Positions 18,927-27,829 of a stretch of 64,000 nt of DNA are shown here, piece by piece; positions within the stretch are counted from its first letter, which is position 1; every line of letters starts with the position of its first letter. The notes beneath the pieces were generated by a model, which saw only the letters and a list, made by a program, of their open reading frames with translations, was not told where the DNA came from and made no database searches. A program made the translations under genes and the position numbers. Origin of the DNA: a virus; IMG/VR virus record IMGVR_UViG_3300045911_000062, positions 9,947 through 73,946 of that record. One strand, 5' to 3'.

Positions 18927-18927
18927 T

Positions 18928-19302
18928 TTAATTTTCCCATATTAATTGCATTTTTAAAGTATTTACGGCGTCAATTATTTTTCCGCATTTATTTATACAA
19001 AACCAGTTATCTGTTCTAATGCCAATTTCCATGTCGATATAGACTGGAGTATTACCAGATGTCAATTCTACATTATATGCGATTTTATTCACTGTCTCTG
19101 GATTTATTCCACCAGCATATCTAGTATAGAAACCATCAAACGGTTTATTTATCTGATGGATTTCTTTACCAATGCCACCAGAACTGTCATATAGTAGACG
19201 AATTGCCACACCAAATTCTAACCGAATTGATGACTCGCTGGCAAGTTTTTCTAACTGTTTCATGTCGGTTCTTTGATCTATCCCCATGAAATTTTCTATC
19301 AA
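18928..19302 (-). CDS. Shortened TrpF/PRAI-like barrel protein, possibly a pseudogene
   Basis: LLYDSSGGIG, YAGGINPETV, YIDMEIGIR motifs in only 124 aa. Confidence 0.5.
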   Translation of the reverse strand: MIENFMGIDQRTDMKQLEKLASESSIRLEFGVAIRLLYDSSGGIGKEIHQINKPFDGFYTRYAGGINPETVNKIAYNVELTSGNTPVYIDMEIGIRTDNWFCINKCGKIIDAVNTLKMQLIWEN

Positions 19303-19309
19303 TCATCTA

Positions 19310-20179
19310 CTATATCTCCGTTAATTTTCTAATCTGTTCTAATCTATCTTTATATGCTAAAATTTCATGATTGACTTCGTTGATCCTTCCGTACCGAATT
19401 TCGAAACATTGAATCAATAATGTGCGCAAATATGTCCAATCTGGAGCGTATGGGATTTTAGAATCCACATATAATTTTTGCAATGCTATCTCTTTATCTT
19501 TGAACCACGCTTTTAACTCGTCTAGTGTATACATTCCATTGCGAACAGATTTTAGGATATCGCCGTTTTTTTCTAAATCCAGATCTCTGTCTGTAAGAAT
19601 TTGTTCACATTCTAGGCAAAGTCGAACAAGATGACTTGCATATTTTGTATCGTATCCAAACCTATCAACCAATTCTCTTCGTTTACCAATAGGCTCTTTA
19701 TTTTCCATCTTTTTAAATTTTGAATGCGCATACCCAAGAAATTTTTGGACGCTTCCTTTGTGTAAAAATTGTCGTCTAGCTGACCTCAGATGTTTTCCAA
19801 CCTGATCTTCATATAGTACACACCGTTGGGGTAAAAACAAAACATCCACGATGTTTGGATTATTTTCTGCGGCTAGATTGAAGAATTTGACAATGGAAAT
19901 GATATTAACATCATACTCTTTTTCATTATGATGAATGTGATGTTGATTTAACGTTTCAAAAAACTCTGGAGATGGACCAAATCCGCGAACATAGCCAGTC
20001 CTATGGGGAAATGCCATATCTAACGGCAGCATACAAATACCATAAATGTCTAAATCGCTGGTATCGTTAGACGCTGCATATGCAAACGATCCAGTTATGC
20101 CCTCAAAAACAATATCAGACATAAAATCTTTAGACAAATTTAGTTTTCCCGCTTTATGTAAAGCTTTTATAGCACTCAT
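19310..20179 (-). CDS. DNA polymerase beta-superfamily nucleotidyltransferase (RlaP-like)
   Basis: GSFAYA..SDLDIYG, NPNIVDVLF, YDTKYASHLVRL. Likely start ATG 20179, right after the upstream stop. Confidence 0.8.
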   Translation of the reverse strand: MSAIKALHKAGKLNLSKDFMSDIVFEGITGSFAYAASNDTSDLDIYGICMLPLDMAFPHRTGYVRGFGPSPEFFETLNQHHIHHNEKEYDVNIISIVKFFNLAAENNPNIVDVLFLPQRCVLYEDQVGKHLRSARRQFLHKGSVQKFLGYAHSKFKKMENKEPIGKRRELVDRFGYDTKYASHLVRLCLECEQILTDRDLDLEKNGDILKSVRNGMYTLDELKAWFKDKEIALQKLYVDSKIPYAPDWTYLRTLLIQCFEIRYGRINEVNHEILAYKDRLEQIRKLTEI

Positions 20180-20180
20180 T

Positions 20181-21773
20181 TCATTTTTTCCATGACCAAA
20201 CAGAACTACCGCAGTCCCAGATGCGATCATACCCGTTATTTTTCATGTTTTCCACTTCTGTGAGATTTGGATCAAAAAATGGCAATATATTTTTTAGTTT
20301 ATGTTTTTGAAATTTTACTCTCGACAATAATGAATCATAATCACTAGTATACCAATAAGCTGGTTTAGTATAATGTGAAAACGTCATACCTATTTTTTTA
20401 TAAACATTTCCAGAAAATAAATGTCTGTGACAATAACTTATGATAGATTCTGGATGGTGTTTTTTTATGAAATTTGAAAATAATTTACTGGCACCGCCTA
20501 TTACGCAGGTATTCAATAAACAACAATATCTTAACAACTCAAACTGATAATTTTTATTATATCTAGCATTACCAAATGACATCAAACATATTAGTTTATT
20601 TTCGGTATTAAATAAACCATAACAAATATTACTTTTTACATATCCCTGAAAATGGTTATGATTTAGAAATTGTTTTTCTAATTTTTTATCAACTCTTTTT
20701 AATATTAATTTTCTAGCGAATTGCCTTTCACAGTTATTCAAATTTGAAAGTATTATTGATTTGTAAATATCTTTTTTCTTTTTCCACTCATGTTCGAATA
20801 TATGTAGTAACTTTACATGTTTTCTTTCACATTCAACAGTTTTATTTAAATGGTAGTCTTTTGATACCCCAGCATTTTCAGAATGCCAGTATAAACCATT
20901 ATATTCTATTGCTAAAGAATGCGACGGAATTAAAATATCTACTTCTGTTGATATAAAATTTTTGTTTCGTTGTTGTATTAATTCTGGTGGTATTATTTTA
21001 CATAATTCATTATAGACATCTATCTCACCAGAAGAAAAATAATGAACTTTAGGTTTTATGCCAAGTTTATGTAATGATCTGACCCATAATGATTCACTAC
21101 CCCCATATGTTTTCACAATAAGCGGTATAGGCATTTTATCATTGATTTCTTTTATTCTGATCGGATCATTAATAATTGATATTATCTCATCTGATAAATG
21201 TATCTGCGTTGGGGACGTCCTACCATATTTCTCTATATTGTTACTGATAACTCTTTGTTTTATTATTTCTGATTGCATAGGATACATAACCCCATAATTT
21301 TTAATCAGCGTTTCCATTTGTTTTTGTCGTATTTCATCATTCTGCGATGGCGCTTTTACACCATAACGCACTCTCATAGTATTTTCAATTTTTTGTTGGA
21401 TGTCTTTATTGTGGGACACATTTTCCACACCATATTTTTCTAAATTGGTCTTTTTAATTTTTTCTTTTACTTCTTGAGTTGCAAAGACATTTTCCACACC
21501 ATATTTTTCTAAATTGGTCTTTTTAATTTTTTCTTTTACTTCTTTCGAGTGGAATTGGCTCTCCACTCCATATTTTTCTAAAAATGTTAATTTTGTTTTC
21601 TCTCTTGATTTTTTAGAATTATGATACCCCCTACATTTCCAACAACAATAATGATTCCAATTGTTTGATCGTTTATTAAATTCTACTTTGTTGTCGCACC
21701 TATCACTCTCGCATTTTGGCGGTCCATTCTTTAGTAGCTCTTCCCTTATCAGTTGTTTTTCTTTTTTAAGCAT
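20181..21773 (-). mobile_element. Free-standing homing-endonuclease-like gene (KYG repeats, Vsr/DUF559-like nuclease, GNAT/Mom-like domain)
   Basis: KKTNLEKYGVEN repeats; EVDI..AIEYNGLYWHS..LLHIFEHEW; NHNHFQG..ELLRYC..VIGGASKLF..IISY..RIWDCG. Confidence 0.75.
21418..21544 (-). repeat. 58-bp exact direct repeat, 69-bp period (EVKEKIKKTNLEKYGVENV)
   Basis: 21418-21475 is identical to 21487-21544. Confidence 0.85.
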
Positions 21774-21876
21774 ATTTTTATTCCTTTGGTAATGGCGCTA
21801 CTTATATTTAACATAGACACAAAATAAAATCAAAAAATTCTACATATAAATATGTAAAGAATTACGGAAATTTTAA

Positions 21877-23064
21877 ATGAAACAATCAATGGGCGTTAAC
21901 ATAACAACAAAAATTAATATTTTCTATTCAGATACAAAAGAATTAATACACACTGGATCTAATGCTATACATCCGCAAAATATGGCTAGAATTTTAGCCA
22001 GAGCACTAGCTAATGAACCAAATTCTATAATATATAGAATTGCATACGGTAATGGTGGATCATTCACCGATTCCGCAGGTAACACCGTGTTTAAGCCGCC
22101 CAATACTGGTGCAGAAGACGGTTGGCAATCAAGACTATACAACGAAACATACTCGGAAGTTGTCGATGAAAACAGTGTATTTTTTGGTACAGACCCAGGA
22201 TCAGCAGATTCATCAAACGTTCGTATAGGCGGTGGTGATGATGCGAGTTCAGATTCGCCCGGTGGCGGAACAAGAAGCACTGAAGTAGGACTTAAATCCA
22301 ATATTACAATAATATCAATTTTAAATGAAAACGAACCATCTGGTCAAGTTTTAACCGACGACCTTGGAGTTATAGAGGAAGCGCATGAAAAATGTTTTCT
22401 ATTCGATGAAATTGGGCTTTACAGTCCTGGAAAACCGGCCAGAAGTACGAATGGATATAGTAATGTTGATGTAGGCAATAAAAGATCTACAACTAATTCA
22501 AATTTAAGTGTTAACACTACATACACTATGGGAATAACTGTAGACGGCACGTTTTATAATTGTGAAATAACAACTCCTGCATCGGGAACTGGTACGTCTG
22601 GAGAGTTAACATATGGTGATATATGTGAAGGTATTAATGACGGGTCTTGGATTTCATCCGGTTCACAAATAAATGATTATGTTTATTTTTATATAACAGA
22701 CGACTCCAGTGGAACATATCCTTCAATAACAAATAAACAAAGCTATGGATATTTAACTATTCAAAGTAAAACTACTGGAATAAATTCTTCCATCGTTCTA
22801 ACATGTGAAACGGCATCTACGGATTTTTTCAACGCGATAACAAATGGAGTATGTGCAAATTGCAACATTGAACCAGTTAATGGACAAAATGCTGGGGTGC
22901 AAAACGATCCTATAAATCCCGAAAATGAGAGGGAGCGTTTGTTAACACATTTCATTTTTAGTCCGATTTTAAAGTCTGCTAATCGTTCTATAACTGTAGA
23001 ATATATATTGACAATATCTGTCGGCGAAACAAGTGATGCAGAGATAAATCAAGTTATTAACTAA
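21877..23064 (+). CDS. Virion structural protein (baseplate/tail)
   Basis: NAIHPQNM, IAYGNGG, FDEIGLY, LLTHFIFSPILKS; TATAAATA at 21845-21852. Confidence 0.65.
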   Translation: MKQSMGVNITTKINIFYSDTKELIHTGSNAIHPQNMARILARALANEPNSIIYRIAYGNGGSFTDSAGNTVFKPPNTGAEDGWQSRLYNETYSEVVDENSVFFGTDPGSADSSNVRIGGGDDASSDSPGGGTRSTEVGLKSNITIISILNENEPSGQVLTDDLGVIEEAHEKCFLFDEIGLYSPGKPARSTNGYSNVDVGNKRSTTNSNLSVNTTYTMGITVDGTFYNCEITTPASGTGTSGELTYGDICEGINDGSWISSGSQINDYVYFYITDDSSGTYPSITNKQSYGYLTIQSKTTGINSSIVLTCETASTDFFNAITNGVCANCNIEPVNGQNAGVQNDPINPENERERLLTHFIFSPILKSANRSITVEYILTISVGETSDAEINQVIN

Positions 23065-23085
23065 ACAGATATAAAATAAAAATAT

Positions 23086-23970
23086 TTATTGAGAAAATTC
23101 TAAAGAGAAATCTTTCCAATAATCTCTAGCTCTAATTGGAATTTTTTGATCATTTATTTTTAAATAAAATTGTGGATCTTCATCGTCTTCATAAAAACAA
23201 TCCGGCAATTGTTTATTCCACGGCATATTATTTTCTAATGTTTCTAGACAAAGAGTTGGTATATAATTATCTATAGTTATATTTTGCGTTTTAATCATTT
23301 TTATTGGTTCAATGTCATTTACACCTACACTAGCAAAGTAGTCTCTAAACTTTATTCCATCTCCCCATAACTTATCAGAAAAATGTAACCATAAACATGG
23401 AACTTGATATGCATGTGATGTTATTATTCCATGTAAACTTGAAGATATTATTTTTTCACAACTAAGAATATCATCTATAAATCTTTCCATTTTCTTAGCT
23501 GTTGGTGTTGTAGTATTTAAAATTATAGTATCGCGAAAATGCTCTTCATGTTGTTTAACAAAACTTACCATATCATGATATTCTATTTGATGTGGTATTA
23601 TGCCAAGCTTATATTTCTTTTTTATATTTTTATTATTATACATAGATGGTAATAATAATGCTGGATCTCCATATACCACTTCTCCAACATCAATTCCAGA
23701 TTCTTCCAAAACTTTTTTCGTCAACGGACCCCTAACAACATTATAAACTAATCCGTGTCTAAGTTTTTGTGTTCTAGATATAACACCATTTCCAAAAACA
23801 TGAGTATTTTTCGACAAATGATGAGTTAATGTACTACCTACTAATGTTATTTTGTTTTCTATCTCATGATGGCAATAATGAAATGGTATGTTTTTTTTAA
23901 ATAAAATGTACTGATTTAGGGCATCACCGAAATTATTGGAAGGTATGAAATTAATTTTAAGTCTTTTCAT
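23086..23970 (-). CDS. Polysaccharide pyruvyl transferase (ExoV-like)
   Basis: NFGDALN, VRGPLT, GDPALL, LGIIPH, SSSLHG, KFRDY. Confidence 0.88.
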   Translation of the reverse strand: MKRLKINFIPSNNFGDALNQYILFKKNIPFHYCHHEIENKITLVGSTLTHHLSKNTHVFGNGVISRTQKLRHGLVYNVVRGPLTKKVLEESGIDVGEVVYGDPALLLPSMYNNKNIKKKYKLGIIPHQIEYHDMVSFVKQHEEHFRDTIILNTTTPTAKKMERFIDDILSCEKIISSSLHGIITSHAYQVPCLWLHFSDKLWGDGIKFRDYFASVGVNDIEPIKMIKTQNITIDNYIPTLCLETLENNMPWNKQLPDCFYEDDEDPQFYLKINDQKIPIRARDYWKDFSLEFSQ

Positions 23971-24877
23971 TTTTTATAAACTTTTCAAAATAATCACTAA
24001 ATGCTACTTTATTCGGGTTATGTAAGTGACCCCAATCTCTATGATAGAACGAATCAAACATTATAGTTTTAAATAAATTTTTATTTTCGTGTGATATGGT
24101 TGAATATATTGATTCTTCAGAAAATAATTCTTTATCATTTATTATATCTACAATTTTTGATACACATAAACAGCAAAAAATATCCATAAATTCTTTTCTT
24201 CCGCCGAAGAACCCGCCTATCATAGAATCTGTACGCATATTCGTGTCTATATGATAGAACCGTTTTGGCAGTGGTCTATTGTTGGGTATTGTATGACATA
24301 TGGATATGATTTTATTTTCTATGTCATTTAAAATATTTTGTATTAAATTTTTATTAAAAATTCCAACAGACTTATTAGGATTATTTTTAACATCATGAAA
24401 ATATTCATGTGGAAATAATAGACTACTAGACAAACCAGCATCAATCCAAAACAAATAATCAACAGTAATATTAACTGAATTCATTACGTGACGTATCATT
24501 TCAGTTTTACCCCACATGATATGACAATTTCTATCTATCCAAAATCTACTTTTTAAATATGGATCAGATTTTTCAATTTTAATTTGAAAAATACTGTTAG
24601 AAAACCAAAAATCAGTTAAATCTTTTTTTATTACAAATATATTATTATACTCTTTGAATTCATTACATATCTGATGAAATGTATCACTAGAAGTAAAACA
24701 ATATATTGGATAACCTATATTTGATATGCTTTTTAAAGATTCTCTATAATATTTTTCTCTATCTGGTCTTCCGCCAAATGGCGTTCCATGATAACCATCA
24801 TAAATACAAGTTACAAATATGACATTATTATAGTTCTTTTTATTTTTTTTCACAGCATAACCATGCACATTTTTCAA
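23957..24877 (-). CDS. HtrL/YibB-like putative glycosyltransferase
   Basis: FVTCIY, K..M, FWIDAGL, IGGFFGG, SEESI; similar to the middle domain of 25445..27790. Confidence 0.65.
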   Translation of the reverse strand: MKNVHGYAVKKNKKNYNNVIFVTCIYDGYHGTPFGGRPDREKYYRESLKSISNIGYPIYCFTSSDTFHQICNEFKEYNNIFVIKKDLTDFWFSNSIFQIKIEKSDPYLKSRFWIDRNCHIMWGKTEMIRHVMNSVNITVDYLFWIDAGLSSSLLFPHEYFHDVKNNPNKSVGIFNKNLIQNILNDIENKIISICHTIPNNRPLPKRFYHIDTNMRTDSMIGGFFGGRKEFMDIFCCLCVSKIVDIINDKELFSEESIYSTISHENKNLFKTIMFDSFYHRDWGHLHNPNKVAFSDYFEKFIKNEKT

Positions 24878-25403
24878 AGTCTATATTTGAGTATTTTTTT
24901 AAATTTTTTAATGATTCTAATACATCGGAATCTATTATTTCACACCAATCCCAATATGTATCTTTAATATTGTTTAAAAAATGTTCCTCATTTATAGCAT
25001 AATCGTGTGCCATAATAAAATCGCCAGAGTTTATTATCCTAGAAAAATAATTAAATTCCTTTTTTTTATCGCCACCGTCACATAAAATCAAAGTTTTTCC
25101 ACTTGATATTTTATCATTGATAATATCTAATGCATCTTTAGAGAATACGTCTAATATTATTCTTCCTTTTAAATTTTCGTCTCCTACCCTATCAACAATA
25201 TCAAAAGATAAAAAATTATAATTATATTCTATAGATTTTTCATATAAAAACAAACAAAATCCACCATATGCAGTTCCAATTTCTATAACATTTTTAAAAT
25301 TTTGTTCTTTTAAAAAAACATCAAAAGATGCAAATGTTATATTATTTTGCATAGCTTTAAAGTTTTTATATACAAAAAATCCAGTTTTATTAAAGTAATC
25401 CAT
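24840..25403 (-). CDS. Class I SAM-dependent O-methyltransferase (CmcI/rhamnosyl O-methyltransferase-like)
   Basis: VIEIGTAYGG, SFDI, LILCDGG, IMAHDY; TATAAATA at 25424-25431. Confidence 0.7.
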   Translation of the reverse strand: MDYFNKTGFFVYKNFKAMQNNITFASFDVFLKEQNFKNVIEIGTAYGGFCLFLYEKSIEYNYNFLSFDIVDRVGDENLKGRIILDVFSKDALDIINDKISSGKTLILCDGGDKKKEFNYFSRIINSGDFIMAHDYAINEEHFLNNIKDTYWDWCEIIDSDVLESLKNLKKYSNIDFEKCAWLCCEKK

Positions 25404-25444
25404 TTTCTTTATTGTTTATATAATATTTATATATTAACTTTGAG

Positions 25445-27790
25445 TTAATTTTCCCTTCGTTCGTGAGGTTTATAATGTTTAATTCTATTATGTAATATTG
25501 GAGATGCTAATAAAACTGCTGGCCTCAAATTACCTTCTTTAGTCATCTGGTACATATAAGACATCCATGTTTGTTCATATGGATGAACCCATTTTGTATC
25601 AATAAACATTTTCTTATTACCTTTTTTAGAAACTATCATTGGCCAGTTTGCATAATAAATTTCACCGTCAATATATGTTAATCCATCCAAATTTCTTATA
25701 TTTTTGAAAATCGTCAACGGTGAATTGGGATCTAGACCTTGAATTGGTAATTTATCATAATCTGGCCAATCTCTACTCCTTATATGTTGCGGAACGTTAT
25801 ACCATGAACATTGTTTATCATTGTCCAAGAACACTTCTGTAAAAGTTAATTTTAGAAAATCAAATTCATCTTTTAGCATTATTCTATGCACTAAATTATA
25901 AAGATTTGGAATATATTTTCTAAATCCATTCCTACAAAATTGTGATGAAAACTCTGGAGGGTTAATCGTCATATCATCTTCAAAGAAAAACATAAAATCT
26001 GCTTCAGAATCATGAAAATGTTCAGCGGCTCTTTGTCTTCCACCACATATACCAGTATTTCCGTTCATATCTATGTATTCAAATTTATACTCATTAGCAA
26101 TCTTTTTATTTTGTTTTTTTGCTTTTACGTCTGTTGAATTGTCTATAAGAACTAAATGTGGCCTTTTTAACCATTCTGGTGTTTTTTCCATAGATTTAAT
26201 AGTATGCTGTAATTGTTCTGGAAAATTGAATGTTAATATATACAGATTTGTCTTGTACTTTTCTACATCTTTATCGGTATATATTTTTATATTTTTAATT
26301 TTCTTTTTTTCTGTTTCAACAATTTTAACATTACCGTCGATAATAGCCTGTGTAAATTTAACAATTAAACCATTCCCATCCAATTCAAATCTTCTATAAA
26401 TGTCAGGCTGATTATATGCCATGATCGTAAATATACTTTCCTCAGTCCCCATATAACCATCATTTAATGTTTTATTTAAAATAGAATAATATGTTGCATT
26501 CGCATCATTTATTTGTTTTTTATGTCCACCAAATAGCCCACCTCTACAAACATATTCTACTTTTTTTCCAGCGTAAATATTAATTTTATTAAATTCAAAT
26601 CCATGAATTTCGGTATTAGCTTCATATGGATAACTAAGAAACAAAAATGGATTTGCATACTCTGGTAATTTGTCGAGTACATTATTATCTACTAAATGAG
26701 AATATGAAACAGTATTTGTAATACCAGCGTCTAACCAGAAAAAATATTCAGTATCAAATGGATTCCAAATAGTCGCATCATTTAGCATAAACATTTTTGA
26801 TTGTACTATTGGGTTGTACCACTCTAAACTGGCTTGTGGCGATTCAGATAACCATCCTGCTAAATTTCTCCATTTAGGATTATTGCGTATTTTTTGTGTA
26901 ACATCCCAAAAAGGTGAATATAATTTTTTTATATCTTCTAATTCATATATTTTTACATAAGTGTTGCGTCTGTCTCTTTTTTCCCAAACTAAATATTCCA
27001 AATCTTTTGGAATATAAATAAAAAGATTTTGTGGAATATCTAAAAAATTTTTAAAGTTTTCTATATAATGTTCAAATGGTCTGCCGACTCTGTTAATGTT
27101 CCACAATCCTGTAACTATAGTCATGTTTTTATTAACATTAATGCTATTTTTATATTTCATATTAACAAAATCCTCAAATTGTTCAACTCGACCAATTTTT
27201 AAATTATTTTTTCGAACTATTAATAAATTATATGTATAAAAATATTCATGATTATCAATAATATTAAAAATTTCATGTCGATAATCTACTAAAACATTAC
27301 TAGAATCTGCATTGCCACCTATATCTTCAATTATATAGTATCCATCATTTTTTACTTTGTTAAACAAATTTATAAATGTTTTATACTGACCTTCTGAAGT
27401 ATGTAAGCCATCATCTATTATAATATCAAATGTTAGTCCATTTAAATTATCTTCACAGCTTTGTTTATCCAAAGAACTAAACAAAAATGTTTTTATTCTA
27501 TCTTCAGAAATCATACAATCTTCTGCTATGTCAACGCCATATATATTTGCATTTTTAAAGTATTCTTTCCAGGCTCGTAAACAAGCTGCTGGCTTATAGT
27601 GTGGGTAAAAATTAGTCACTCCTACAAATGTAGATTCAATATTTGGATCTAAAGTACCTAAGCCAACCTCCAATATGTCTATACTATTATCTCTAATTTT
27701 TTCAAACAATGCAGAGTATTTTTTAGTATATCCAGAAAGAAATTTATCACTACCATTTTTAATTATTATATCATCTAAGTTCATGGCCAA
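25445..27790 (-). CDS. Three-domain glycan enzyme: SAM methyltransferase, HtrL-like GT, GT2-like GT
   Basis: LEVGLG..YGVDI..FDIIIDDGLH..YIIED; IVTGLW..SKMFML..FWLDAG..GGLFGG..GTEESI; LIDNS..NTGICGGRQ..FFEDD. Confidence 0.75.
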   Translation of the reverse strand: MAMNLDDIIIKNGSDKFLSGYTKKYSALFEKIRDNSIDILEVGLGTLDPNIESTFVGVTNFYPHYKPAACLRAWKEYFKNANIYGVDIAEDCMISEDRIKTFLFSSLDKQSCEDNLNGLTFDIIIDDGLHTSEGQYKTFINLFNKVKNDGYYIIEDIGGNADSSNVLVDYRHEIFNIIDNHEYFYTYNLLIVRKNNLKIGRVEQFEDFVNMKYKNSINVNKNMTIVTGLWNINRVGRPFEHYIENFKNFLDIPQNLFIYIPKDLEYLVWEKRDRRNTYVKIYELEDIKKLYSPFWDVTQKIRNNPKWRNLAGWLSESPQASLEWYNPIVQSKMFMLNDATIWNPFDTEYFFWLDAGITNTVSYSHLVDNNVLDKLPEYANPFLFLSYPYEANTEIHGFEFNKINIYAGKKVEYVCRGGLFGGHKKQINDANATYYSILNKTLNDGYMGTEESIFTIMAYNQPDIYRRFELDGNGLIVKFTQAIIDGNVKIVETEKKKIKNIKIYTDKDVEKYKTNLYILTFNFPEQLQHTIKSMEKTPEWLKRPHLVLIDNSTDVKAKKQNKKIANEYKFEYIDMNGNTGICGGRQRAAEHFHDSEADFMFFFEDDMTINPPEFSSQFCRNGFRKYIPNLYNLVHRIMLKDEFDFLKLTFTEVFLDNDKQCSWYNVPQHIRSRDWPDYDKLPIQGLDPNSPLTIFKNIRNLDGLTYIDGEIYYANWPMIVSKKGNKKMFIDTKWVHPYEQTWMSYMYQMTKEGNLRPAVLLASPILHNRIKHYKPHERREN

Positions 27791-27829
27791 TACTTTAAAA
27801 AAATAATAATATTAGTGCATTAGTAAATT

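Noticed and set aside
20180-20230. N-terminal extension of the nucleotidyltransferase overlapping the endonuclease gene
   Set aside because: ATG 20179 directly follows the upstream stop, so the extension is probably an ORF-caller artefact.
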